Below, in pieces: positions 18,172-27,929 of a stretch of DNA of 64,000 bases; the stretch's first letter is position 1, and every line of letters begins with the position of its first letter. Made by a program: the position numbers and the translations under genes. The notes beneath the pieces are model-generated. The model was given only the letters and a program-made list of their open reading frames with translations, made no database searches and was not told the DNA's origin. The DNA comes from an uncultured virus (IMG/VR IMGVR_UViG_3300042304_001388). Taxonomy: Duplodnaviria; Heunggongvirae; Uroviricota; Caudoviricetes. The stretch is taken from the IMG/VR virus record IMGVR_UViG_3300042304_001388; one strand, given 5' to 3'.

Positions 18172-18970
18172 ATCCTAAATCTCTTAGTTCTTTTGATGAT
18201 AAAATTTCCAATTCCATTTCATTCATAATGTTATGAATTATTTTTAATAATTGTATATTGGTCGCTTTCTCCTTATCTTTATAATATAAATTATCTTCCA
18301 ACCCAACCCTAACACCATCCGCTTCAAGTAACCCATAAACATTACTCCTCAATTGTTGTGAACCAATACCGCCGAAACATACTTTTGCGTTATTAGGTAA
18401 TGAAGATTTAATGGATGCAATTGTGTGAATATCAGATTGTGAATTGTATATGTTCCCCAATATCACATTAATGTAGTGTGGTTCTTTCAATATATTTTTT
18501 GATATTAAATAATTTGTGTAGTTAATCATTCCAGAATCAAAACATTCAATTTCAGGATTAACTCCATACTTTTCCATTTCATTAATTAATGATAAAATCA
18601 TATTTGGTTCATTAACTGACGCACCTGTTGGGAAGTTTAACGATGACATCGTTAATGATCCCATATCGGGACGTAATTGTAGAACTTCAGTTCTCTTCTC
18701 TAACTCAGGAAAGTTTCTACCGGTTAATGAAACACAAATTAATAATTCAGAACAATGTTTTTTTATTCCTTCAATAATTTGAGAGTAAACCTCTTTCTTA
18801 TATGTATTCTTTAATGTTTCTTCATCTCTTGCATGTAAATGAACTATAGATATACCTAATTCATTTGCTTCATGAACCTCTTCAATTATCTCATTTGGTA
18901 ATAATGGAGCATAAGAATTTTCACGAGTAGTTTGAGTACCTGTTGGTGTGAAATTAATTATTTTTTTCAT
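18143..18970 (-). CDS. beta-keto acid cleavage enzyme (Kce/BKACE, DUF849)
   Basis: TPTG, VHLHARD, PDMGSL, PEIECFD, VRVGLEDN. Confidence 0.85.
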   Translation of the reverse strand: MKKIINFTPTGTQTTRENSYAPLLPNEIIEEVHEANELGISIVHLHARDEETLKNTYKKEVYSQIIEGIKKHCSELLICVSLTGRNFPELEKRTEVLQLRPDMGSLTMSSLNFPTGASVNEPNMILSLINEMEKYGVNPEIECFDSGMINYTNYLISKNILKEPHYINVILGNIYNSQSDIHTIASIKSSLPNNAKVCFGGIGSQQLRSNVYGLLEADGVRVGLEDNLYYKDKEKATNIQLLKIIHNIMNEMELEILSSKELRDLGYGNKNISIR

Positions 18971-19339
18971 TTATTGTAATTTAAAACTACTACTTAAATA
19001 TGTTGCCGTTCCTGTTGTTAAAGTTCCACCAATTCCTCCTGTTGTATATGTTGTTCCGTTTGGATTTGATGTTGTTAAACTATACCCTGTTGCCGTATTA
19101 ATTGTACCGTTGTAAGGTATTGTAAATGTTCCTGTACCGGGTGTTGTGGTTATAGTATAGTTTGGTGGGGTATAGGTTATTAGTCCTGGATTTACTACCC
19201 AGCTTGGGGTGTATGTTATTCCACCCCAATTTGGAGTAATAATAGTATTGATATTATTCAATCTGTTGATTGCATCCCAATCAATATCCAATAATGGATG
19301 TTCTTCTTGATACCCGTGGAAAAATACAAATCTTTTCAT
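18971..19339 (-). CDS. FKF-tag variant (FVFF) Thr/Gly-rich protein
   Basis: MKRFVFFHG; ITYTP repeats, Thr-rich. Confidence 0.6.
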   Translation of the reverse strand: MKRFVFFHGYQEEHPLLDIDWDAINRLNNINTIITPNWGGITYTPSWVVNPGLITYTPPNYTITTTPGTGTFTIPYNGTINTATGYSLTTSNPNGTTYTTGGIGGTLTTGTATYLSSSFKLQ

Positions 19340-19340
19340 G

Positions 19341-19454
19341 TTACTCCTTTCTCTTAAATATCTCGGTTATTTCACTTACGACCACCATTAGGACAAATCC
19401 CAAGAAAACGGTAAGAAATGGATGTTCAGCCATTACATCAAATGCTTCTCTCAT
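19341..19454 (-). CDS. small membrane peptide (37 aa)
   Basis: Hand-translated MREAFDVMAEHPFLTVFLGFVLMVVV... Confidence 0.5.
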   Translation of the reverse strand: MREAFDVMAEHPFLTVFLGFVLMVVVSEITEIFKRKE

Positions 19455-19490
19455 AAATCTAATATAAGAAATTGTTGTGATATTCCAAAC

Positions 19491-19518
19491 AAAAATGGGT
19501 AATATTTCTATTACCCAT
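19491..19518 (-). terminator. intrinsic terminator
   Basis: ATGGGTAATA-tttc-TATTACCCAT perfect hairpin with adjacent T run on the minus strand. Confidence 0.7.
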
Positions 19519-19528
19519 GTTGTTTAAT

Positions 19529-20326
19529 TTATATAGAATTATCCCTATATGACATTATATATTCGTAAAATAGTTCCGCCTGTACTTTGTGACCTAATTC
19601 CCCAAAATGGGTATTATCATTTACAACTCCATTAGTCTCGGTAAATATAGTTTGTCCACCCATTTCAATAAACATAGACATAAATTCTCCCGCATGATGG
19701 TATGTTTTATATTTACCTATAACAAACAGATCATTTAAAATATATTTTTTTTGTTTAAACTTGTGTTCGGGTAGGTTTAATATAATATCGTTATCTGTTG
19801 ACCAAAAATATAAATCAAATTCCTTAGATATTGAGTATTGTTCCAATAAATTTTCATAATTGTAAATCTCCTCAGAATATAAACGAGACATTCTATTCTT
19901 AACTATCTCTTCTTTGGTTGTTCTTAGGATATGTTTGAAATCGTCAGGTTGTCCATTGTTGGTGGACATCTTTCTCCAACAATCTAAAGGATTGTTATTC
20001 TCATCTGAATAAACTGGTGCTCCGTCTTTATGAAACTCAGTAGACACCCATCTAAACCTATCTTTATATGTCCAATTAATAATTACAATGTCTCCTTTGT
20101 TAAATTCATGTGATTTATTACAAACATCATCAAAAATTTGTGGGTTTGAATTTCCCCCTATACCATAATTTTTGACTTCCATATTTAATTTTTCACCTAA
20201 AATTTCAGACCACGATTTAGGTAAATTACCCCCTCGTAGTTTTTTCCATTCAATAAATGGAGGGTAAGTACTATCTTCAGGTTGTCCTTCCGTGTAGCTA
20301 TCACCAAATGTGTGTAATGTGTTCAT
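19529..20326 (-). CDS. SGNH/GDSL-like hydrolase-fold protein (paralog 1)
   Basis: FGDSYT...NYGIGGNSN...INWT...DNTHFGELGH. Confidence 0.65.
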   Translation of the reverse strand: MNTLHTFGDSYTEGQPEDSTYPPFIEWKKLRGGNLPKSWSEILGEKLNMEVKNYGIGGNSNPQIFDDVCNKSHEFNKGDIVIINWTYKDRFRWVSTEFHKDGAPVYSDENNNPLDCWRKMSTNNGQPDDFKHILRTTKEEIVKNRMSRLYSEEIYNYENLLEQYSISKEFDLYFWSTDNDIILNLPEHKFKQKKYILNDLFVIGKYKTYHHAGEFMSMFIEMGGQTIFTETNGVVNDNTHFGELGHKVQAELFYEYIMSYRDNSI

Positions 20327-20327
20327 A

Positions 20328-20987
20328 TTATTTTTTTAAATCATTAATTCTTTTTATATATTCTTGAGCCAATTCTTCCTGAATACCTTTAGTGTAATGT
20401 CCTTCTTCTTCATTTTTCCAACCTTTATTTACTAACCAATCAAAATAAGTCGGTTCAAAAATTAACTCATTAAATAATTTTAAATCATAATCTTCAATTT
20501 TATATATTTTCTTACCCTTATATAAATCTTCTTTTCGTATCATAACAGAATAAACCGTTATACCTCGTTCAACTAATATACTTAAAAACGTATTAATTAA
20601 TGAGAATAATCTAATATTATATTCATAATTGTTATTTAAAAAATAATCTAAAACTGTATCATCATTATTAAAATATTCACGTTGATCTCCTGTAAATCCT
20701 TTATTTGAATCATCAAAATAACGAGCTGAAGAAACTAAATTTCCATTTTCATCAACGGTTAAAAATCTACTTAAAAAACTAAAATTAATTAATACAACAT
20801 CCCCTTTTTTAATGGGATATTGTTCTTTCATTATCTTTTCTAATATTTGATCATTGGAATCGCCTCCATTACCTAAATGAAAATATTCCAACTCATAATA
20901 ATCGGCGATTATTTTTCCAAATGATCCATCTGACCCTAATGCAATTGTGAAGGAATCACCAAAATGATACAACGTATTTTTACTCAT
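20328..20987 (-). CDS. SGNH/GDSL-like protein (paralog 2)
   Basis: FGDSFT...GNGGDSN...EGHY. Confidence 0.6.
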   Translation of the reverse strand: MSKNTLYHFGDSFTIALGSDGSFGKIIADYYELEYFHLGNGGDSNDQILEKIMKEQYPIKKGDVVLINFSFLSRFLTVDENGNLVSSARYFDDSNKGFTGDQREYFNNDDTVLDYFLNNNYEYNIRLFSLINTFLSILVERGITVYSVMIRKEDLYKGKKIYKIEDYDLKLFNELIFEPTYFDWLVNKGWKNEEEGHYTKGIQEELAQEYIKRINDLKK

Positions 20988-21732
20988 GTTTTCTAATATA
21001 ATTATAAAAAAGTTCACTTTGAACCCTATGTCCGCTTTCCCCTAAATGATTGTCTGTACATTCATAATTTGTTTCTTCTTGGACGGTTTTACCTCCATGA
21101 TAACTGATTGTTTCAAAAAAGTAACCACCGGCTCCAATATATTTTTCATCATTAAAAATAATTAAATCATTAATAATATATTTTTTTTGATTTAATATTT
21201 CTTTAGATAAACTATAAATAATTGAAGTGTCTGCCGACCAATAATAAACATAAAACCCAATTGATTTTGACAATAGGTCTATGATTTTTTGATAGTCGTA
21301 GACTTCTTCAATGTATAAATCGTACGACACTCTATTTTCTATTATATCAATTCTTGTTTGTTCTTTTATGTCGTTATCATTAGGTGTTGATGTAGATATC
21401 TTTTTCCAAAATGGAAATGCAGTATTAGGTGGTGTAAAAGGAGGCATTGCTGCCCATCTAAATCTATCTATGTACGTCCAATTAATAATAACAATATCGT
21501 CTTTTTTTATCTCATTACAATTTTGAATAAACGTATGAAATATTTCTTGATTAGATGATCCGGCGGAACCATAATTTTTAACGTTCATATCTAATTTATT
21601 ACCTAAAATATCAATCCACACCGGAGGTAATTCTTTACCAATATATTCCTTCCATTGTATAAACGGTTTAAATGTATCATTTAAGAAATGACCTTGAGTA
21701 TAACTGTCACCAAAACCATATAAAGATCTCAT
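20980..21732 (-). CDS. SGNH/GDSL-like protein (paralog 3)
   Basis: FGDSYT...NYGSAGSSN...DNHLGESGH. Confidence 0.65.
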   Translation of the reverse strand: MRSLYGFGDSYTQGHFLNDTFKPFIQWKEYIGKELPPVWIDILGNKLDMNVKNYGSAGSSNQEIFHTFIQNCNEIKKDDIVIINWTYIDRFRWAAMPPFTPPNTAFPFWKKISTSTPNDNDIKEQTRIDIIENRVSYDLYIEEVYDYQKIIDLLSKSIGFYVYYWSADTSIIYSLSKEILNQKKYIINDLIIFNDEKYIGAGGYFFETISYHGGKTVQEETNYECTDNHLGESGHRVQSELFYNYIRKHE

Positions 21733-21736
21733 ATTT

Positions 21737-23140
21737 TTAAAAATTAAATGATTTGGCAAACTTATCGTATTGATAAAAATCACTTTCTATAAATTGATTT
21801 CCCGTTCTTATAAAAACTGATTTATATTGTAAGTTTCCTATCGCATCATCAATATAACTAATATCTTTTTTACCGTCTCCGTTGAAATCATAATATAATA
21901 ATCTTCTTTTCCAATTCCCCTTTCTAACGGAATTAATTGAAAATTGAAAGATTGTTTTATCTATTAAATATGTTCCATCTTTTTGTTGTATATAACAATA
22001 AATGTCCCAAGGTGCCCATCTGTTTGGATTTTTAGACATTTGATCATTTATTGCGATGATATCTTTTAACCCATCTCCATTTACATCATCAACGACAATG
22101 TCTTGAACTGTAACATTTATTTGATCGTCAGGTCTATAAAATGGTAATTTAATTAAACCATTTGAATTAAATTTACCTGATCCTTGATTTAATAACAAAA
22201 CAGGTTGCATGGGAAATAAATTATGATTATGTTCTTCCCCTTTACCAATTACAATATCATTTTTACCATCGTTATTTATATCTGAAATAAATGCAGTATA
22301 TGCGTTCCCCCCAACACTTTGTACTTTTTCATCAAAACTATTATTACTTAAGTTTCCAAAATTTACAAAATCACCAACAAATTTAGATCGGTTAGTCTGT
22401 GTAAAATAAGGAAATTGTTTAATCCCCCAATAAATGTAAACACAATTGTTTGCGGGTAATAATAAATCAAGAATACCGTCACCATTTAAATCACCAACGT
22501 CTCCTTTTTCCTTTTTATTTAATGGAAATTCATTTTCACATGTTTGGATTTCTTTAAGATCGTATCCACCTTTTCCATCACTTAACACAATTCTCACAAG
22601 TTCATCTGGTGAATTAGGTATACCCTCATCTCCACCATCAAATATAACCAAATCAACATAGTTATCTTCGTTTAAATAACAAGGTCTAACTGTATGTTTA
22701 TTACCGCCAAACGATGTAAATGATTTATCATTAAATAAATTTTTACTAATGTATGTTTTTGAAATTGTATCCCATATTAAAAAGGAAAAATTAGCCTTAG
22801 GTCCATTATAATTAGAACCTGAATTAAATACATCTATCCAACCATCATTGTTAAAATCACCACAAACGACCGCTTGAAACCACCAATTATATTTCCCCCC
22901 ATCGATATTAGATTGAAATTTACCAACCATAACATCAGAAATTACAGGAGTATTATGATACCAATATTCCGAACCTAATTGTCTTGCGTTTATATCTACT
23001 TTATAACCTTTAAATATATTTTCAGGAACATTAATAACATTTGTAGGTGGTGTAGGGACAACATTATTTTGAACCGTTAATGTTATTTGTTTTGAACACG
23101 ATGTCAAAATCAAAATTAATAAAAAGTAAAGATATTTCAT
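21737..23140 (-). CDS. FG-GAP/VCBS-repeat lipoprotein
   Basis: Lipobox-like LTSC after hydrophobic leader; repeated DFNNDGWID, DLNGDGILD, DINNDGKND, DVNGDGLKD, DFNGDGKKD. Confidence 0.8.
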   Translation of the reverse strand: MKYLYFLLILILTSCSKQITLTVQNNVVPTPPTNVINVPENIFKGYKVDINARQLGSEYWYHNTPVISDVMVGKFQSNIDGGKYNWWFQAVVCGDFNNDGWIDVFNSGSNYNGPKANFSFLIWDTISKTYISKNLFNDKSFTSFGGNKHTVRPCYLNEDNYVDLVIFDGGDEGIPNSPDELVRIVLSDGKGGYDLKEIQTCENEFPLNKKEKGDVGDLNGDGILDLLLPANNCVYIYWGIKQFPYFTQTNRSKFVGDFVNFGNLSNNSFDEKVQSVGGNAYTAFISDINNDGKNDIVIGKGEEHNHNLFPMQPVLLLNQGSGKFNSNGLIKLPFYRPDDQINVTVQDIVVDDVNGDGLKDIIAINDQMSKNPNRWAPWDIYCYIQQKDGTYLIDKTIFQFSINSVRKGNWKRRLLYYDFNGDGKKDISYIDDAIGNLQYKSVFIRTGNQFIESDFYQYDKFAKSFNF

Positions 23141-23187
23141 ATTGTATATTTGAGACAAAGGTATGTATAATTTAGGATATCACAAAA

Positions 23188-23535
23188 TTATTTAACAAAT
23201 AATTGTATCATTAATATACTGAATCCAAGTAATAAACATATACCATTTTTAATGTCTAACGGTTCTCTAAATAAATAATGACTCATTAGTGTAAAAACTA
23301 TAATTCCCACCGAAAATCCGAGTAAACGACTTGGCCATATCTGACCGCCAAATCCCGAAATGAAATAATTTACGGATTTTATATATAACCAACCAAGTGG
23401 AACACTTGCTAATATAACTAACCATGTGTATTTTTCATACCAACCATATTTGTATGATCCTTGCAATTGCATAAATGTTCCAACTTGACCCATTAGACCA
23501 AATATAATACCTAAAAATATTTTACTATAATCCAT
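23188..23535 (-). CDS. small four-helix membrane protein (DMT/EamA-like)
   Basis: Four hydrophobic segments; LFREP motif. Confidence 0.55.
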   Translation of the reverse strand: MDYSKIFLGIIFGLMGQVGTFMQLQGSYKYGWYEKYTWLVILASVPLGWLYIKSVNYFISGFGGQIWPSRLLGFSVGIIVFTLMSHYLFREPLDIKNGICLLLGFSILMIQLFVK

Positions 23536-23755
23536 TATTTTCTATATTATAATCTACCGATTCAATAATAAATTTATCGGTTGGGTATTGTCCGACAATT
23601 TGAAAACCTATTTCAGGTGTTCCATAAAGACCTAACACCTCAACTTTTTTCTGAAATCTTGTGGCACATGTTGAATCGGGATGTACAGTATCTGCCTCAA
23701 TTGTGATTGATTTTAGTTCACTACCAACAACTAAAAAACAATGATATCTATTCAT
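23525..23755 (-). CDS. hypothetical protein
   Basis: ORF in operon. Confidence 0.6.
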   Translation of the reverse strand: MNRYHCFLVVGSELKSITIEADTVHPDSTCATRFQKKVEVLGLYGTPEIGFQIVGQYPTDKFIIESVDYNIENNGL

Positions 23756-23756
23756 A

Positions 23757-24188
23757 TTATAAAATTGAAATTTCGTTTATTTTATCTCCTTGTTGGATCA
23801 TATCTATAACATCTAAACCATCAATAACTTTACCAAAACAAGTATGGTTTCTATCTAAATGTTGCGTTCCTTGTCTACTGTGGCAAATGAAGAATTGTGA
23901 TCCACCTGTGTTTCTTCCTGCATGTGCCATTGATAATACTCCTTTATCGTGGTATTGTTTTTCGGCGGTAACTTCACAAGGAATATTATAACCAGGTCCA
24001 CCAGATCCTGTTCCGTTTGGACATCCGCCTTGAATTACAAAATTTGGTAGTACTCTATGAAAATTTAATCCGTTGTAAAATCCTTCACCAATTAATTTTT
24101 TAAAGTTATTTGTTGTAATTGGTGTTTCATTATCATATAACTCTACAATCATATCACCTTTACCTGTTGAAATTTTTACTTGACTCAT
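23757..24188 (-). CDS. cyclophilin-type peptidyl-prolyl cis-trans isomerase
   Basis: FYNGLNFHRVLPNFVIQGG, LSMAHAGRNTGGSQFFI, HTCFGKV. Confidence 0.95.
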   Translation of the reverse strand: MSQVKISTGKGDMIVELYDNETPITTNNFKKLIGEGFYNGLNFHRVLPNFVIQGGCPNGTGSGGPGYNIPCEVTAEKQYHDKGVLSMAHAGRNTGGSQFFICHSRQGTQHLDRNHTCFGKVIDGLDVIDMIQQGDKINEISIL

Positions 24189-24199
24189 TTTATTTTATT

Positions 24200-24745
24200 T
24201 TAAGATTTATATAAACGATTATTATTATAAAGTGCTACGGGATTATTTTCGGCAATTAATCCATATTCATTCTTAACATTTTCATGAATATTATCGGTAT
24301 TTTCATTGATGTATTTTGCAATAATGTTAACAAATCCATAATTAGATTCATCAACAATTTCTTGACTCATACCTGGTAAATTACAATAATTTGCTTCACC
24401 TACTTCGCTGATAAACATTCCAGAATAAAATCCCTTCAATCCAAATATCTCAACAAATTTATCGGCATTGCACCAAATATAAACATTATCTTTTTTCTGT
24501 TTTATATATGGTATCATTGATTGATCAATAATGTATGCACCTGTATTTTTAAATTGTCCCACCGAAAATAATCCAGCAGGGCTGCCGTGACCCATCATCA
24601 TCACTCGATCATGTTCATCAATTAATTTAATCAAATCACCTTTAGAAACTCCACCTGTGATGACTGTTTTATCTTGGACTGATTCATACACAATATCTAA
24701 GAATGATGTGCTCGGGTCTGCCGGATGTATAATTAATGTTTTCAT
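24200..24745 (-). CDS. hypothetical protein (MMGHGS...IWC, possibly caspase/C25-like fold)
   Basis: His-Gly and Cys spacing only. Confidence 0.5.
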   Translation of the reverse strand: MKTLIIHPADPSTSFLDIVYESVQDKTVITGGVSKGDLIKLIDEHDRVMMMGHGSPAGLFSVGQFKNTGAYIIDQSMIPYIKQKKDNVYIWCNADKFVEIFGLKGFYSGMFISEVGEANYCNLPGMSQEIVDESNYGFVNIIAKYINENTDNIHENVKNEYGLIAENNPVALYNNNRLYKS

Positions 24746-24746
24746 A

Positions 24747-25145
24747 TTATTTTGTTATTCCTATTTTGTTATAAACGTTATTAACTAACATGCGATAATG
24801 TTCTTCGTTCTGATATCTATCGTGATATTTTTCAATTGAATGGATAACGGTTGTGTGATCTCTACCTCCAACAAATTCTCCAATTTTTTTTAATGAATAT
24901 CCAAAATGTTCTTTCATTATGCCACAGAAAATAAACCGACCATTAATTACTTCTCTTTTTCGTGTTCTATCGGCAATATCACTTACCTTAATACAACATT
25001 CTTCGGCAATAATTTCTAAAATCTCATCTTTAGATATACGATACCTTAAAGATCTTTGATTGTTTTTAAAATTCTCTCTTTCTCGTTGTGTTAGTTTTAA
25101 TCCAGGAAAAACATAAGGATTAACACATGCAGTTTTTTTACCCAT
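24747..25145 (-). CDS. stand-alone DnaA C-terminal (domain IV) helix-turn-helix protein
   Basis: SLKKIGEFVGGRDHTTVIHS signature. Confidence 0.85.
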   Translation of the reverse strand: MGKKTACVNPYVFPGLKLTQRERENFKNNQRSLRYRISKDEILEIIAEECCIKVSDIADRTRKREVINGRFIFCGIMKEHFGYSLKKIGEFVGGRDHTTVIHSIEKYHDRYQNEEHYRMLVNNVYNKIGITK

Positions 25146-25199
25146 ATTTTTAATTTAGAGTACAAAGATAGTGTATTTTTGGGATATTCCAAAAATATT

Positions 25200-25457
25200 T
25201 TAAAATTTTCCGTGAATAAAATCGTAAATAATCTCAGGGATTTTGGTATAAATGATTTTTTTACCCTCACCATCAGTATGTGGATTACCTTGTTCGTCTC
25301 TAACGTAAAATCTTGGTAACCCCTTCAAATAAGATTTAAGATACCCTGGTGCCCCCTCTAAAGCCCTGAAAATATGAGTTCTAATATAAGGTTTATTCCT
25401 ATCATAGTACTCCAAAATAAGTGTATTTAATTGATTTTCAGTTAAAATGACCTTCAT
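25200..25457 (-). CDS. hypothetical protein, putative virion/head protein
   Basis: MKVILTENQLNTLILE; TATTTAT at 25462-25468. Confidence 0.55.
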   Translation of the reverse strand: MKVILTENQLNTLILEYYDRNKPYIRTHIFRALEGAPGYLKSYLKGLPRFYVRDEQGNPHTDGEGKKIIYTKIPEIIYDFIHGKF

Positions 25458-25469
25458 ACCTATAAATAT

Positions 25470-25667
25470 CTACTTATATCCCTTTTTTAACTCCTCCCTT
25501 ATTTTATCCTCAGTATCCTTTATTTTACCTGTTAAAGTGGTAATTCTAACACTTCTACCCCATTTACCCATATTACCCGAAGGTTGGAACTCCACCTCCC
25601 AATAGTGGAGGTCCTCCTTGAGTTTCTTTAACTTCTGTTGTAGTTTATCTATCTTAACCGCATCCAT
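25470..25667 (-). CDS. small coiled-coil hypothetical protein
   Basis: Start revised to MDAVK. Confidence 0.55.
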   Translation of the reverse strand: MDAVKIDKLQQKLKKLKEDLHYWEVEFQPSGNMGKWGRSVRITTLTGKIKDTEDKIREELKKGYK

Positions 25668-25668
25668 A

Positions 25669-26718
25669 TTATTCAGTTTCCGAAGTATTAATTGTTGATT
25701 TCCATTGCATTCTATCAAGTGGGCTTTCAGGTTGTTCAGGAATTCGGTAACTTGTTACCTCTTCTTCTACCTCCGTTTCATCACCTCTCTCATCGTAAAA
25801 TGGTAATTCAGGTTGTTCCATTACAGATTCTTCCATTGGTCCATGTACTTCAATCTCTTCTTGTGCTCTTCTTACTGCTGAAGCAACTCTATCACTAATT
25901 GCCGCCTTTCTTCCACTTACCAACTCTTTCTTTTTTTGGTCTCCACTTAACATTGCTGTGTTAGATTTCACTTTAGGATCTTTAACATAATCACGAATAA
26001 AGCCAATTAGTTCTAATGGTAAATTAGAATCAGTTGAATCAATACGAGTATCTTTTTGATTCCAATATGAAAACTCAGGTTCGTTTTTATCTAATGAATA
26101 AAATGCTGCAACCTTATAACCAGTCTTCTTATTGATACAATAAACTAACACTCCTCTCTTTGCATATTTGTTATAGTATTCTTGATTGTGTTCTGTTGTT
26201 GTGCACCATTTAGTATTTGCACCATACTTACAAGATGATTTGAATGTTAAAGGTCTAATTAATAACCACTCAGCATCTTCATGTATTTTAATAACTTGTG
26301 TTTCTAATTCTTTTTCTTCTGATTTCATTTCAGCAACACCCATTGCCGCAATCATCTGTTCAAATGATTTGTATTTTGTTAAATCATTTTCTTCAATTAA
26401 ATTTCTTTCGTTGTATTCACAAAACTTTCTATACTTCTGTAAATCTTCCATATTGAAGAATCCATCAATAAACTTATACAATAACATCAATTGAATGTCA
26501 CTCATTAAATCTAACTTACTCTTTTCCATAAATGGAAACTTATCAATCAACACTAATTTAATTTCTTTGGTGTGATCTTTTAGATTTGGTGTGTTCTTCA
26601 TCATACGAAGTAATGTCTCCGTATACTTTGATTTACCCTCAGGACTAAACATTTCCAATATTGAAACGATGTTTAGGTTGTGGTCTTCGTTGGTTCTTAA
26701 GTCTTTAATTCTCGACAT
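25669..26718 (-). CDS. PcfJ-related domain protein
   Basis: LLIRPLT..SSCKYGANTKWCTT motif. Confidence 0.5.
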   Translation of the reverse strand: MSRIKDLRTNEDHNLNIVSILEMFSPEGKSKYTETLLRMMKNTPNLKDHTKEIKLVLIDKFPFMEKSKLDLMSDIQLMLLYKFIDGFFNMEDLQKYRKFCEYNERNLIEENDLTKYKSFEQMIAAMGVAEMKSEEKELETQVIKIHEDAEWLLIRPLTFKSSCKYGANTKWCTTTEHNQEYYNKYAKRGVLVYCINKKTGYKVAAFYSLDKNEPEFSYWNQKDTRIDSTDSNLPLELIGFIRDYVKDPKVKSNTAMLSGDQKKKELVSGRKAAISDRVASAVRRAQEEIEVHGPMEESVMEQPELPFYDERGDETEVEEEVTSYRIPEQPESPLDRMQWKSTINTSETE

Positions 26719-26769
26719 GGTGTATTGTTTTATTCTAAAATATAAATATTTTTATTTGTAATTCCAAAT

Positions 26770-27015
26770 TTAATCCATCAATTCGTCAACAGAAATATTA
26801 TGTTCTTTTAATATTTCATAAATCTTATCAAATACTAACTCTAACGCATCATATTTGTCTAACTCTTTACCCTCCATTGACCATTCCAATCCTTTCTTTG
26901 TGTTGTGTGTGATATCCCACAATGCGATTGCCATATCAAGAGATTTAACCGCTCTTAAATGTGCCATTTTATCGTCGTGATCATTTAAATCAAATTCTAA
27001 TGTTGCCTTTGCCAT
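26770..27015 (-). CDS. hypothetical phage protein
   Basis: MAKATLEFDL. Confidence 0.65.
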   Translation of the reverse strand: MAKATLEFDLNDHDDKMAHLRAVKSLDMAIALWDITHNTKKGLEWSMEGKELDKYDALELVFDKIYEILKEHNISVDELMD

Positions 27016-27016
27016 A

Positions 27017-27166
27017 TTATTTCTTTTTAGTTTTTTCTTCAACAATCTCTCTCTTAAAGATAAAGATGTTTTGATTTATACATACTAGTTCCCAACCTTC
27101 TTGACCTAAGGTGTTAAGATGTTCGGTAATTTGTAATGGTCTTGATAGGTATTCGTATTTTTTCAT
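27017..27166 (-). CDS. DUF4177-like small protein
   Basis: KKYEYL...LNTLGQEGWELV...FKRE. Confidence 0.7.
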   Translation of the reverse strand: MKKYEYLSRPLQITEHLNTLGQEGWELVCINQNIFIFKREIVEEKTKKK

Positions 27167-27167
27167 G

Positions 27168-27368
27168 TTATCTTCTTTTAAATTTAACTTGGTGTAATAA
27201 AAACATTGGAACAAATAGCCACGATAATAATGCGGCTGGAACGGTCTTAGCAATAACTTCCAATAATGTAAATTCATCATCATCCTCGCATCTTCTATCT
27301 GATGGGTGTTTAACTAACCAATATGTTCCATATATTGTTGTTAGTATCCAGTATATTAGTAGTATCAT
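27168..27368 (-). CDS. small membrane protein
   Basis: Two hydrophobic segments. Confidence 0.6.
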   Translation of the reverse strand: MILLIYWILTTIYGTYWLVKHPSDRRCEDDDEFTLLEVIAKTVPAALLSWLFVPMFLLHQVKFKRR

Positions 27369-27369
27369 A

Positions 27370-27621
27370 TTAAATGTTTGGGTATTTCATAAACCATTGG
27401 GTGAATTTATATAACAACTGAATTGTTGCAACAACAATAAACATTGGTGCCGTTACAAACCAACTCAATGAAAAGAATAGATAGGCCTCAGCATTATTTT
27501 TATAGTCATCATAGTCAGGTTCGTGTGGTGGATCATAATCAATCTCCATTTTCTTACCGAATAACTTTAAGAATGTTAGTGTTAGAATAAATCCAACAAC
27601 ATAAATTAAAAAGAATATCAT
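27370..27621 (-). CDS. small membrane protein
   Basis: Two hydrophobic segments, similar layout to 27168. Confidence 0.6.
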   Translation of the reverse strand: MIFFLIYVVGFILTLTFLKLFGKKMEIDYDPPHEPDYDDYKNNAEAYLFFSLSWFVTAPMFIVVATIQLLYKFTQWFMKYPNI

Positions 27622-27622
27622 A

Positions 27623-27811
27623 TTATCTACGATTTATTAAATTATAAATTGCGATGACCGTAATGGTCCCACATAAAATATAACTAAAATAACCGAAGAA
27701 AAAAAATGCAATGATAATCCATATCCAACCAACCCTTGCATGTGGATATGTTCCATAAAATTCTAAATGAAGAACCAATTCTTTTCTGATAAAATATAAT
27801 AACTTATCCAT
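27623..27811 (-). CDS. small membrane protein
   Basis: Hydrophobic C-terminal half. Confidence 0.55.
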   Translation of the reverse strand: MDKLLYFIRKELVLHLEFYGTYPHARVGWIWIIIAFFFFGYFSYILCGTITVIAIYNLINRR

Positions 27812-27929
27812 TATTTATATTTTTTTAGTTTACAATATTCATTGTGCATCCAAAACTTTATTTGTAATCTTTTAAAAAAACCTTTGGTTTCGGTTAATAA
27901 CGTTTCGTAGTATAATATTTTCTTTTGGA

